The notes beneath the pieces are model-generated. The model was not told the DNA's origin and made no database searches. It saw nothing but the letters and a program-made list of their open reading frames with translations. Both the position numbers and the translations under genes were made by a program. A stretch of DNA of 62,600 nucleotides, the filler included. It is 9 parts of 9 records of this genome, joined end to end, with 100 filler letters (N's around TTAATTAATTAA, not from the genome) between each part and the next. Parts side by side here need not be neighbours in the genome. Positions count along the whole stretch, not along the records: positions 10,598 to 15,466 come from SRR7504441_180; positions 15,567 to 23,034 come from SRR7504441_184; 7 more parts are not named here. The stretch is one strand, 5' to 3'. Below are positions 10,598 to 20,539 of this stretch, one piece after another; the first letter of the stretch is position 1, and each line of letters begins with the position of its first letter.

Positions 10598-13500
10598 CGT
10601 GGAACACTGCCTGCTATGAACATCCCGAGGCGGTATAACACTTCCACGAGCACGACAGTGAGAATATCAGGGTTCAGTTGCTTCAACTGCTCGCTCACAG
10701 CGAGCGGTTGCTGCCACAGGTTTATGTCTCTGAGTTTATCAAGGATTGCTTGATCCCCTAGCGACATCTGAAGTTGGCCTCCAGCTAAAGCTGCATGTCG
10801 ATACTGCCTATCTCTACTTCGCATGCTTGCTCGCGACAATTGCCTTTGGCTCGGCGGCCGGGCAGAATTAGCCTTCGGTTGACCAATAGTGCCAACATTA
10901 TTTCTAGGGTTAGGCCTCTTTTTCGATGATGGCTGGCTTGGAGGCACAGGTATCGGGTTGGAAGAATTTGTAGGATCGCATACATTGGTGCTCAAGATAT
11001 GTTCTCTCTCAGCTTTATCAGGTGGTGTGGCAGCTTTCAGTTTAGAATCTGGTTCCGCTGAAGGCACTGGGGGTTCTGAATTTGGACCAAATGAATCCAT
11101 CTCAATCGGGGAGGCTCGACCAAGAGGTGGCAGTGGAGATTCTCGGGACCTCCTCGACCCCCTAGAAGATGGGGGCGTGGGGTGCAGCTTTGGACCATTC
11201 AGATCCGGAGTCCTTTTGGATCTCTGCTCGCTACTGGCAGAGTAAAGGGAATGTGACCACATCTGAGCCTGCAGAGAGCGCGTCAAGGCAACAGCCTCAA
11301 TTATGCGATTTGGCTGAATGCCAGGCTGAATGTCCGTATGCCAGCTTGGCTCACAGTCCCAAACTGCCCAATCTGCCACCCCCCGATGTTCTGAATCATG
11401 GCCAACAACGCTGCATGGCAAACATAGTGAAATGATCTCCTGTGCCACCAAGTCATGGTGAACCTGTAACTTTAAAGCTCGGAGCAAGATATGATGTGCA
11501 TTGCTCATGGAATGGAGTGGTAGAGCAGCCACATGATGCACGACCTTTTGAAGCAGGCGGCGGCGCTGATCCATGCGCCAAGTTCCAGTCTGGACAAAGT
11601 AGCAGAGACGAATGCAGAGGTCTATGAGCAGGGCATTTTGGGAGTAGCTCGGATTGAAGGCGCTTCCATGGTGCTCAGGAACAGGCTGTTGGGCACGGGC
11701 AAGTTCAGTCACCAGAGATGCGACCTCCTTGCTGAACAAATGTCGAAGGCCTTCAAAACCTTCACATTTGTGCTCACTTGACACTAGTTGGTTAGTCTGA
11801 TGGATCATAGCGGCTGCTATAACTGCCTCACTGCCAGTCAGTCGCCACAGGACAGCAGCCATCTGCCAGATCTGGTTCACAATCCCTGATGGCTCTGACT
11901 TGGATGATTTGGAGTTCTGCGTCTTCGATGTCTCTGTCACGTATTTGACAGCTTGCTCGACAAGGGAGGTTGATACTGGTTGATTACATGGCTGAGTTGA
12001 CCGACTGTTGATCCAAAGCTCAAGAGCAGCCACCGCCAGTTCAATTTCTGTTGATATTGCAGCAGCCATGATTGCATGCTGTTCATTCCACTTTGCTGGT
12101 GACACACGGCCGAAGAGGTCGATTACATCAGTAACGCACTCGCGCAATACCGTAGGGGCCTGGAGTGCAGCATGAACCAGCTGCGCATGCACATCAGCAA
12201 GCGTTGCCAATAAAGCATCCTCCTGCATATCGTGATTCATGGCATCTGCCAGGCTCTTCATCTTGACACCACTGGCTAGCTCTGCGGGAGACATTGCTAC
12301 CTGCACTGCTGCGCCAGCCACTTCCGCGTTGGTTGCCTGCTCGATTGCTTGCAGAGATGCCCTTTCAGGGTCAGTTCTGAGTAAATAGACCAGCGTTTGT
12401 GCAGCAGCACTGCCGTTCAATGCGGACACCGATGCTGCTGCGAAGCTTGCAGTTTTGATGTGACAGTGGGACATTAATCCATTCTCGGCGTTCACGCGGA
12501 ACTGTTGCAGCTCCAGGACCTTAGAATTTGGAGGTGCAGTATCGTGGTATTGCTCACTGGATACGACCAGACCGTGCACCGCAGAATAGACTGAGACTAG
12601 AGCTTTGAGCCCATGCTGCACGAGCCCATCGCAACAAGCAAGACGTCGAATCTCCAGCCTTTTAATGACATCTTCCATGTCTGCAAGGTGCCAGCCTCGG
12701 AATGCTACATTCTCCTGAACCAAGTCCGAGCCTAGCAGGAGCAGACCGACCACTGAAGTTTCTGGAGAGGTGGTATCGTTCAGCGCAAATCGTGAGAGCA
12801 ACCCCTGGTGATGGCCCAGTGCGAGGGCCGCCTGCTCGACCCACTCAAGCTGGATGCACTCCTGCTGAAACATCTCGACCAGCACAAACGCAAGCACTAC
12901 CAGCACCCAGGGCTCCACCGGCTGCAGGTGCAGCGGGTGGCTGAGAAGCTCGAGCTGGCTCACCAGTAGCTTTGGCTGGCTCTCCATCACCAGAATCTGC
13001 TGCACCATCCCACCGGCTCTGTGCCCAAACTCGTTGTACACATTGTCGAGTGAGAGCTTTTCGAAACGGACCAGATCGATTAGGTATGCACAGGTAAGCG
13101 TGTCCTCGTCTTTGGTAAAGCAGGTCAGAATCGACACAACCTCCTCCACTGCAGTCAGCCTGTTGGCGCCGGAGGGCGACACGATAGTATTCAGCTCCTG
13201 TGCTCGGATCGAGGCTTTCTCTACACCGATCATCCCGTCGTTGATCCTGCCGTCAAGGAACGTGGTGATGAACCGCTGTCGCTCCCCAGGCCCCGCGATA
13301 ATCGGAAATTTGGTCCGAGTGGCAGTGCGCTCGTTCTTTGCCCCCAGCCAGCCCTGCGACTCGCCGGCCGGCCCTTGCGCTGTCGGGTTTCCCAGAAACT
13401 CCGGCAGCGCCGTCCAGGCGGCCGCCTCGGGCGCCACCGGCTTGGCTGGCCGGCCGGAGCCGTGCGCTGCTGTTCTAGGCCGGTTGAGCCGCTCGAGGTC

Positions 13501-13695
13501 ACGGGTCTGCTGCTCCTTCTTCTGTCGCTGGGAGATCCGGTTGCTGGTGTAGTCGCGCGCGGTGAGCTGCCCCCTGTTGCTTGGGCCCGACCGGGCCGAG
13601 TCCAGCATCCCCGACTCGGGCTTGTTTTGCCGTTGCTTGCGCCGGTTCCGGGGAGGGTTGGGCTTGGGTCGTGAGCTCTCCCCGCGGGCCCCCAT
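10598..13695 (-). CDS. Large protein with tandem degenerate RelA/SpoT (Mesh1-like) HD domains; 3' end cut by contig edge
   Basis: Probable ATG at 13695 (MGARGES); segments VEEVVSIL..DEDTLTCAYLIDLVRFEKLSLDNVYNEFG..AGGMV and QMAAVLWRLTGSEAVIAAAMIHQ..LRHLFSKEVASLVTEL, plus DALLATLAD, match the HD_4 pattern. Confidence 0.6.
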
Positions 13696-13890
13696 GCTGG
13701 GGGCAGCCGGTCGGTGTGGCCGCGGGATCAGGCCGGGGGGCTCATCGGGCGCTGCTGTCGCTGCCGGGTGCTGGCCCACTGCGCCACCGCCACGCGGCCA
13801 TCGCACCGAAGCTGGCCGCCGTGGAGACCCTGGCACACTGGCACCTCTGGCTAAAGTCGTCTTCCGTTGTCGGTTGAGTTCGGTTGAACG

Positions 13891-15375
13891 ATGGCTCTCC
13901 ACCGAGCGTGGTGGCTAGTGGCAGTTTGCCTGTTGGCGGTGTGCGCCACGCTGGCCGCCGAGGAGTGCGAGGATGGGGCGGATTGCGAGGATGGCAAGTC
14001 CGACAAGCACTCGGCCTTCCGGTCGCTCATGCCGCTCAGCGTCTACGACTGGGCCGGTTTCGGATCGATCGGGCTCTTCACCGCCATCGCCGCCGGGGGC
14101 GGGATCGGGGGCGGCGGAGTGCTGGTGCCGTTGCTCATCCTGGTGATGGGGTTTGCGATCAAGAGCGCCATCCCCCTCTCCAATATAACCATCCTGGGCG
14201 GATCCATCTTCCATATCATCAGGAACCTGAACAGGAGGCACCCGGCCGCCGACCGTCCGCTGATCGACTGGAACTTCATCTGCTTGATGCAGCCGATGCT
14301 GATCGCCGGCGCGGTGATCGGCAGCTTCGTCAACAAGGTGGTGGCCGACTGGTTCTTGGCGGTCTTCCTGTTCGTGATTTTGATCCTTACAGCCCGGCGC
14401 ACCTGGAGCAACGGAATGAAGCAGTGGGCAAAAGAGGAACAGGCGGCCAAGCAGGAGAAGGAGCAGGGCCTGCTCTCCCGGCTCGACTCCCCTCCCAGTG
14501 CGGTCCCGCTCGTCGAGCGCGGGGGCGAAGAACTGTCACCAGAGTTGGCCTCCATCCTTGAAGCAGATCGCAGGATGCCAGTAGGCAAGATATTAGTCAT
14601 CAGCATGGTATTCGTTGGCGTGCTCGCGCTCAACGTGCTCAAGGGCGCCCCCGGGGCCTCGGGCGGACATCAGTTCAATTTGCTGCACATTGAGTGTGGT
14701 TCGATGGAGTTTTGGGTCATCTCTCTAGCAGTCATCCCGTGGTGTCTGTTTGGATTCTTCATCACGCGCTTCCTGCTGGTGGCCCAGTACCACGGCAAGG
14801 TGGCCGCCGGGTACGAGTTCCTCGAGGGCGACATCGAGTGGGACGAAGCTCGCACCGCCAAGCTGCCCCTGGTCTGCCTTGGGGCCGGGGTGATGGCGGG
14901 CATGTTTGGGATCGGTGCGGCTGGCCAGCGTGCGTGCGGGCTGACCGGGCTGGCAGGTGGCGGACTGATCAACGGCCCGTTGATGGTTGAACTTGGGGTG
15001 CTCCCTGACGTGGCCTCGGCTACCTCGGCCACAATGATCCTCTTCACCTCGTCCACTGCTACTGTGTGCTATGTATTGTTCAATATTCTCAACTTTGAGT
15101 ACGCCACCGTGCTGTTCCCGCTCGGGTTCGGGGCCACGCTGATTGGGCAGTTTGTGTTCAACAAAGTGATGGACATTTGGCAGCGCAAGTCGCTGGTCGT
15201 ATTTGTGATTGCGTTCATCGTCGGATGCAGTGCTGTGCTGATGGGCATCGAGGGCGGCTTTACGTTCATCGAGTACCTGGAGGGCGAGGGCACCCTTTTC
15301 CACCCAATCTGCCAGCCAGTGGGCCACCCTATCAAGGAGATCACGATCAACCGCATTGATGGCACGCACAACTAA
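13891..15375 (+). CDS. TauE/SafE (TSUP) sulfite exporter family membrane protein; in-frame intron 14915-14956
   Basis: AAGGGIGGGGVLVP, RPLIDWN, AGMFGIGGGLINGP (after splicing) and VASATSATMILFTSS motifs. Confidence 0.92.
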   Translation: MALHRAWWLVAVCLLAVCATLAAEECEDGADCEDGKSDKHSAFRSLMPLSVYDWAGFGSIGLFTAIAAGGGIGGGGVLVPLLILVMGFAIKSAIPLSNITILGGSIFHIIRNLNRRHPAADRPLIDWNFICLMQPMLIAGAVIGSFVNKVVADWFLAVFLFVILILTARRTWSNGMKQWAKEEQAAKQEKEQGLLSRLDSPPSAVPLVERGGEELSPELASILEADRRMPVGKILVISMVFVGVLALNVLKGAPGASGGHQFNLLHIECGSMEFWVISLAVIPWCLFGFFITRFLLVAQYHGKVAAGYEFLEGDIEWDEARTAKLPLVCLGAGVMAGMFGIGAAGQRACGLTGLAGGGLINGPLMVELGVLPDVASATSATMILFTSSTATVCYVLFNILNFEYATVLFPLGFGATLIGQFVFNKVMDIWQRKSLVVFVIAFIVGCSAVLMGIEGGFTFIEYLEGEGTLFHPICQPVGHPIKEITINRIDGTHN

Positions 15376-15566
15376 AATCAAGGTCACTCTTGAGTTCACT
15401 CTTTCTCCTCTGGTACTTGTATGTGTAAAGTATAAAAATTCAATGAATTTGAACAACCAAGTCGCCNNNNNNNNNNNNNNNNNNNNNNNNNNNNNNNNNN
15501 NNNNNNNNNNTTAATTAATTAANNNNNNNNNNNNNNNNNNNNNNNNNNNNNNNNNNNNNNNNNNNN

Positions 15567-17063
15567 AGCCCGAGCCGGAGCCCGAGCCGGAGCCGGCCGC
15601 CGAGCCGGCCGCCGAGTGGGAGTTGCTCAAGGACCAGAGCTCCGGCCACTCGTACTATCACCAGCCAGCCACCGGGCAAGTCAGTTGGACCCTCCCGCCC
15701 GGCGCCACCCTCCGTCCAGCCGCCCCGCCCAGCAAGCCGGCCCCAGCGGTAAGCCGGCCGGTGGCGGTGGCCCTGCCGCGCGTGTTCCTTGTCGTCGAGG
15801 TGAATCGGCGGCGGGTGCGACTTGAGTTCGAACTGTTCAGCCAGCACTGCCCGAGCACCGCTGAGAACTTCCGGTGCCCGCCTGCCCAGCCTGGGCTCAG
15901 CCAAGCGCGCAGCTGCCTTTGCACCGGAGAGCGAGGGCGCGCTAAAAGGTCGAGCAAGCCGTTAATGTACAAGGGGTCGCCTATACACCGGATAGTGCCG
16001 GGTGTGGCGATCGAGGGCGGCGACTTCGAGTGCGGGAATGGCACGGGCGGAGAGAGTATATGGGGCGGGCTGTTCAATGACGAAAGCTTTGCGATACCGC
16101 ACAGCGCGGCGGGGATCCTATCCATGGTCAACACCGGCGAGCTCGCCGGCTGGGCACCGGCTAAACTGACGGCAGGTCCGAACTCTAATGGCAGTCAGTT
16201 TTTAATCACGACAGCGCCAGCTCCACAGCTCGACCAGAAGAGTAAGCTTGATGACCGCCTGACTGAGAGTCCTGCTGCAGACGTGGCGTTCGGGCGGCTT
16301 GTCTCGCCGGTGAACTTACTCCGGGAGATCGAGGCCTTCGGGGGCCCCGGTGCTGTGTGCGGCGATGAGTGATTGACTGTGGCCAGATGGTGCGCCGCGG
16401 GGTCGGATCGTACTGCTCGACACCGGCGAGGTGACAGCCGGCGCACAGCCGGTGGGTCACTACCAGTCGAGCTGCTACGCGCCCAAGTCGGCCGTGGACC
16501 GGCACCAGGCGGAGGCCGAGGCCGTGGGTGAGATTTCTCTGCATGGCGTCTCAGCGCAGGCAGCCCGGCGAGCCAGGATCGCCAGGATGGGCAAGGGCGG
16601 CAAGGGCGCGCGCAGGCGGCGGGCCAAGGGCGGTGCGGACGAGCCGCTCGACCCTATGGACCCGGCATCGTATAGCGACGCACCGCGAGGCGGCTGGAAC
16701 GCCGGGATGCCGCTCCCGGGCCAGGACGAGCCTCTCGAGATGGACAGCCGGCCCCAGAGGGAAAGCAAGCCGGGCCAGCCGTTGCCCAGCCCAGGGGATG
16801 TGCTCCGAATGAACCGGGAGAAGGGGCTCCAACCAGCCCCGGCCGCGGCCCCGGGCCCGATGTCCGGTCCAGCGCCCGGCCCATCGGCGGCCCGCGAGTC
16901 GACGCTCGGGGCGTACGACGAGAAGCTAGCGGGGATGGCGCGGGAGGCGGGGCCGAGCACTCAGAGCTTCCGGGCGGGTGACTGGACGTGCCCCAAGTGC
17001 GGCAATCACAACTTTGCGAGCCGGAGTGACTGCAAGCGGTGCGGCCACCCAAAGGGAGGATGA
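15567..17063 (+). CDS. WW domain + cyclophilin + PQBP1-type C-terminal region + RanBP2 zinc finger fusion (5' partial); 4 introns, one GC-AG (16137-16175)
   Basis: WELLKDQSSGHSYYHQPATGQVSWTLP (WW); TAENFRCLCTGE, HRIVPG, GNGTGGESIWG, NSNGSQFLIT (cyclophilin); LDPMDPASYSDAPRGGW and LPSPGDVLRMN (PQBP1); GDWTCPKCGNHNFASRSDCKRC (zf-RanBP). Confidence 0.88.
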
Positions 17064-17162
17064 GCTGCTATCGAGTTTAGCTTGAATTCGACCCTATGTA
17101 GAGCGGTTTAAAATGAAGCTATAGCCCAATGTCGATAGGACACATGCCGCACTGTCACGGCT

Positions 17163-17807
17163 TTACGGTACTCTTACTTGATAGCCGCACTGGCTCCATG
17201 CCGTGTGGTTAGTGTACACGAGCCCATTCATCTCGAGCGCACCGCCCGCCAGCCGGGAATCGGCCTGCACCATGTCCCGGATCTCGGCCTCCGGCACATC
17301 CACCCGCCGCGTGTACAGCAAGTAGGAAAAGAGCGGCTTAGTGAAGGGCAGAACTCGGCCCAGGCAAGCGTAGAATCGCATGGCGGTCAGCTCGCCGGAG
17401 GAGTCACGGACGACGTCGAACAGCATGTTAGGCTTGGGAGCGAGTGTGCGGTTGAGTACCACGAAGCCCTCCCGGAGCGTTCCCGGCGACTGCGGGTTGG
17501 TGGACAAGTAGCCGCCCAGGGTGAAGCTCATGTTGCTCCAAGTGTGCTGCGCGCCCAGATCCTCGTAGCAGGTGTCTGTGTACCGATATGTCTGTGTACC
17601 GATACTGTAGTTCATCAGGTTGCACAGGCAGGCCTTGGTGGTCGGCTCCGTGGTCGCCTGCAGGTACCACGCACCCTGGATCTCCGCGATCCGGAACCTG
17701 TCCGCCGCCACGCTTGGCTGCCGGATCGTCGCGTAATCCGGGCAGGAGAACTCGGGCCCAGCCGCCCCGGCCCACGGCAGCAGCGCGCAGAGCACGGCGA
17801 GGCGCAT
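17163..17807 (-). CDS. Secreted lipocalin-like protein
   Basis: Signal peptide MRLAVLCALLPWAGAA; FRIAEIQGAWYLQAT (lipocalin GxW motif); YLLYTR; conserved Cys. Confidence 0.65.
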   Translation of the reverse strand: MRLAVLCALLPWAGAAGPEFSCPDYATIRQPSVAADRFRIAEIQGAWYLQATTEPTTKACLCNLMNYSIGTQTYRYTDTCYEDLGAQHTWSNMSFTLGGYLSTNPQSPGTLREGFVVLNRTLAPKPNMLFDVVRDSSGELTAMRFYACLGRVLPFTKPLFSYLLYTRRVDVPEAEIRDMVQADSRLAGGALEMNGLVYTNHTAWSQCGYQVRVP

Positions 17808-17832
17808 GCTGTGGCCGATTCCGTTACTGCCA

Positions 17833-19172
17833 ATGTCGCGCCGGGCGGAGGGCGGCTTCGACGGCAGTGGTAGCCGGGAGTACCTGGGGCACAAGAAGAA
17901 GGTTCACTCGGTGGCCTGGAACTCGACTGGGCAGCGGCTGGCCTCCGGCAGCGTCGACAAGACCGCCCGGATCTGGGCGCTGGACGACCATCGGAAGGCG
18001 GCCAGTCCGGGCCCGGGCTGGCTGACCGGTCGGGCGGCAGGGCAAGGAGGTGGAGCTCAAGGGGCACAGCGACAGCGTGGATCAGCTCTGCTGGGACCCG
18101 ACGCACCCGGACCAGCTGGCCACTGCCTCGGCCGACAAGACGGTCAGAGTGTGGGACACCAGAGCCGGTGCCTCGCCAGTCCGGGCCGGCGCGCGAGCCC
18201 GAGCCAGGCAAGTGCTCGCACAACATCAGTACCGCCGGGGAGAACATCAACATCGCCTGGTCGCCCGACGGGAAGCAGATCGCGGTGGGGAACAAGGCGC
18301 GGCGGCTGGTCTGGGCTCGGAGCCAGCGGGGGCGGGGCAGAACGACGTGCTCACCGTAATCGAAACTAGGAAGATGAAGAAGGCACGAGAGGAGAAGACC
18401 TTCGCGTACGAGGTGCGACTGGGGTCTGGCGGCGTTTGAGCTTTGTTCAGGTCAACGAGTTCTGCTGGGACCCGACAGGCCAGTTCTTCTGCCTGGCACA
18501 GGGAGAGAAGAGCGCCGGATGGATAGAGGCGGCCGCGCACGACGAGCGGGGCTGATCGGGTGGGTGCAGGTGCTCAATGCGTCGGACTTTAGTCCATACA
18601 GGAAGCAGCTAGCCCACACAGCCAGCTGCTACTGTATTGAGTTTGCACCAGATGGCCGGTACAGCCTGCATACATGTAATCCAGCCAGCCGATGGCCGGG
18701 CCAGGTATCTTAGCCTCGGGGGCGCCGACGCGATCGTCAGCCTTTGGGATGTCTCGGAGTTGATCGCAGTCCGAGCGTTCGACACGATGCAGCATGCGGT
18801 GCTCTAGTCGAGCAGTCTGGGTGCGACGGTCGCTGTGCCAGGTGCGGGCTCTGAGCTTTAACAAAGACGGCACAATGCTGGCGGCGGCCTCCGAGGACCC
18901 TTATGTGGACATTGTGGATATAGAGAACCGGGGCTACTTTAGAGATGGGCCAGTGCATCGGATAGAGACTGGTTACGCCATGAACACGATCGGTGCGGGG
19001 CCCCCTAAGGGCAATGTCAAACCTCGGCAGCGTTCCACCCCAAGGAGAACCTACTAGCATACGCGGGCGACGACAAGGACAAGGACGACTACGACATGGG
19101 TAGCCTAGCCTAGCGCATGACAGGTTGATGGGGCGGGCAGGCTCTGTCAAGATCTACGGTTTCCCGAGATGA
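17833..19172 (+). CDS. THOC3: THO complex subunit 3 (TEX1) WD40 protein; 9 introns of 38-46 nt, 3 of them GC-AG (17998-18040, 18297-18340, 18529-18569)
   Basis: Spliced translation REYLGHKKKVHSVAWN..LASGSVDKTARIW, ELKGHSDSVDQLCWDP, GENINIAWSPDG, YEVNEFCWD, AHTASCYCIEF, LAYAGDDKD. Confidence 0.92.
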
Positions 19173-19346
19173 TAAGCAAGAACTTTAGAGTACATAATTG
19201 TGCTTACCTGCGTCGGTGTAGTGCTAGGAAATTAGCTACGCGATCATAATTATGTTATAGGGCTTGAGCTAAAAGATATGTCTCCATGAAATCTTGTACA
19301 TGTACTGCATCCATGCTATGATTACTGTATGATTAATTATTGCCTC

Positions 19347-20291
19347 TTACACATCCGGTTCAATCGAAAACGCCTCTCTTTCTATATTGCCCTCGTTTGT
19401 ACCACGTGCCATGAGAAAGTAGCCGCCGAGGGGCCCCCAATGCTGCCCCCAACTATTAGCGATAATCCAATATTCCTGGCCACTGTTGCTGCTAGCACCA
19501 TTCTGCCTGCCCGCAATCGTCCCCCACCCTACAATTTTGACGCAATGGCCGCCCTCCTTGGTTGCATTCGCGCCATGCGAGTAAATCCGCCCGTCGTAAT
19601 TGTGTGATAGGTCATTGTAGATGAAAAAGCACGACACGATCGGCCCTCCTGACATGATGGCTCGCTGCATCTCCGGCACACTAAAGTGCCAACGCAGGCT
19701 GGTCAGCTTGGTCTTGTGAAGCACGCCCAGAGCTTTGCCGTTCGCGCATGTCTTTCGGCACTGACCTCCGGTGTGGTTGCTAACGCCGGTGTACGGATAG
19801 CACGAGTCAGAGGCGAGTCCGTGTCTCGACGTGTACACCATCGCCGTCACGGGATCCCCTCCGCGTTTGCAATTCTCGAGACCAACCACATTGCAATCGA
19901 CTAGCTCCTGGGGCGACAGCACAACATCTATGGAACCGTTGGTGGCGATGCAGAATCGATCGGAGATCGATTCGGAAGTCCCGAACGCCCAGCAGCAGTT
20001 GCATCCACCTTGGCTACGAATCGGGTGCACGCAATTGGGCCAGGCCTTGCGGGAGTCGAAGAAAGCCGGGATAGCTGCGACCTCTCCAGAGCTCGGCCCT
20101 GACCGATTTCGCAGTTGCTGGCCGATCTTTCCCCGGAGCTCTACGTCCGGCGCGAAGCCGGAACGGCCGGGACGGCCAGGGAAGGTATTGCTGCCGCCAT
20201 TATGTTCTGGAAGGGCAGCGGCCGCCTTGAGGACCGCGCCGCAGCACAGGAGCGAGAACAGGATCAGCTGTGACTTGTTTTGCTGGGGCAT
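19347..20291 (-). CDS. Cathepsin B-like papain-family (C1A) cysteine protease
   Basis: FDSRKAWPNC, QGGCNCCWAFG (catalytic Cys), SDRFCI, GGHCVKIVGWG (His), YWIIANSWG (Asn). Confidence 0.94.
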   Translation of the reverse strand: MPQQNKSQLILFSLLCCGAVLKAAAALPEHNGGSNTFPGRPGRSGFAPDVELRGKIGQQLRNRSGPSSGEVAAIPAFFDSRKAWPNCVHPIRSQGGCNCCWAFGTSESISDRFCIATNGSIDVVLSPQELVDCNVVGLENCKRGGDPVTAMVYTSRHGLASDSCYPYTGVSNHTGGQCRKTCANGKALGVLHKTKLTSLRWHFSVPEMQRAIMSGGPIVSCFFIYNDLSHNYDGRIYSHGANATKEGGHCVKIVGWGTIAGRQNGASSNSGQEYWIIANSWGQHWGPLGGYFLMARGTNEGNIEREAFSIEPDV

Positions 20292-20539
20292 GGGTCCTGG
20301 GGGTATCGGCCAACAGGGCGTGTGAGCCGCGCCTACAGGCTCTCAGCAGCACTGGATGATGCTCTTTCAGTCCACACCTGCTGGGCCGTGGTAATCTTGC
20401 TGCCCCAGCAACCAATCCTGCTCCTCCTCTTGGGCAGCACTGAGCTCGGAGAGTTCCGTTATATAGTAATTGCCGGCGCGCCGTTAGAAACCGGCCGGCT
20501 CCGGCGTTTGCAGCACCTGCCACCACTCGAGCTGGAAGA

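Noticed and set aside
13696-13902. Overlap of the pseudo-HD ORF start (13902) with the TauE start (13891)
   Set aside because: The track start is a GTG; the first ATG is at 13695, giving an ordinary divergent gap
17998-19140. Introns as a recent Introner (transposon-derived) family
   Set aside because: Introns share length but not sequence, and I saw no terminal inverted repeats; ancient mobility cannot be excluded
20345-20450. C/D-box snoRNA (ATGATG...CTGA)
   Set aside because: Imperfect C box and no convincing terminal stem or guide; better explained as 5' region of the cathepsin gene
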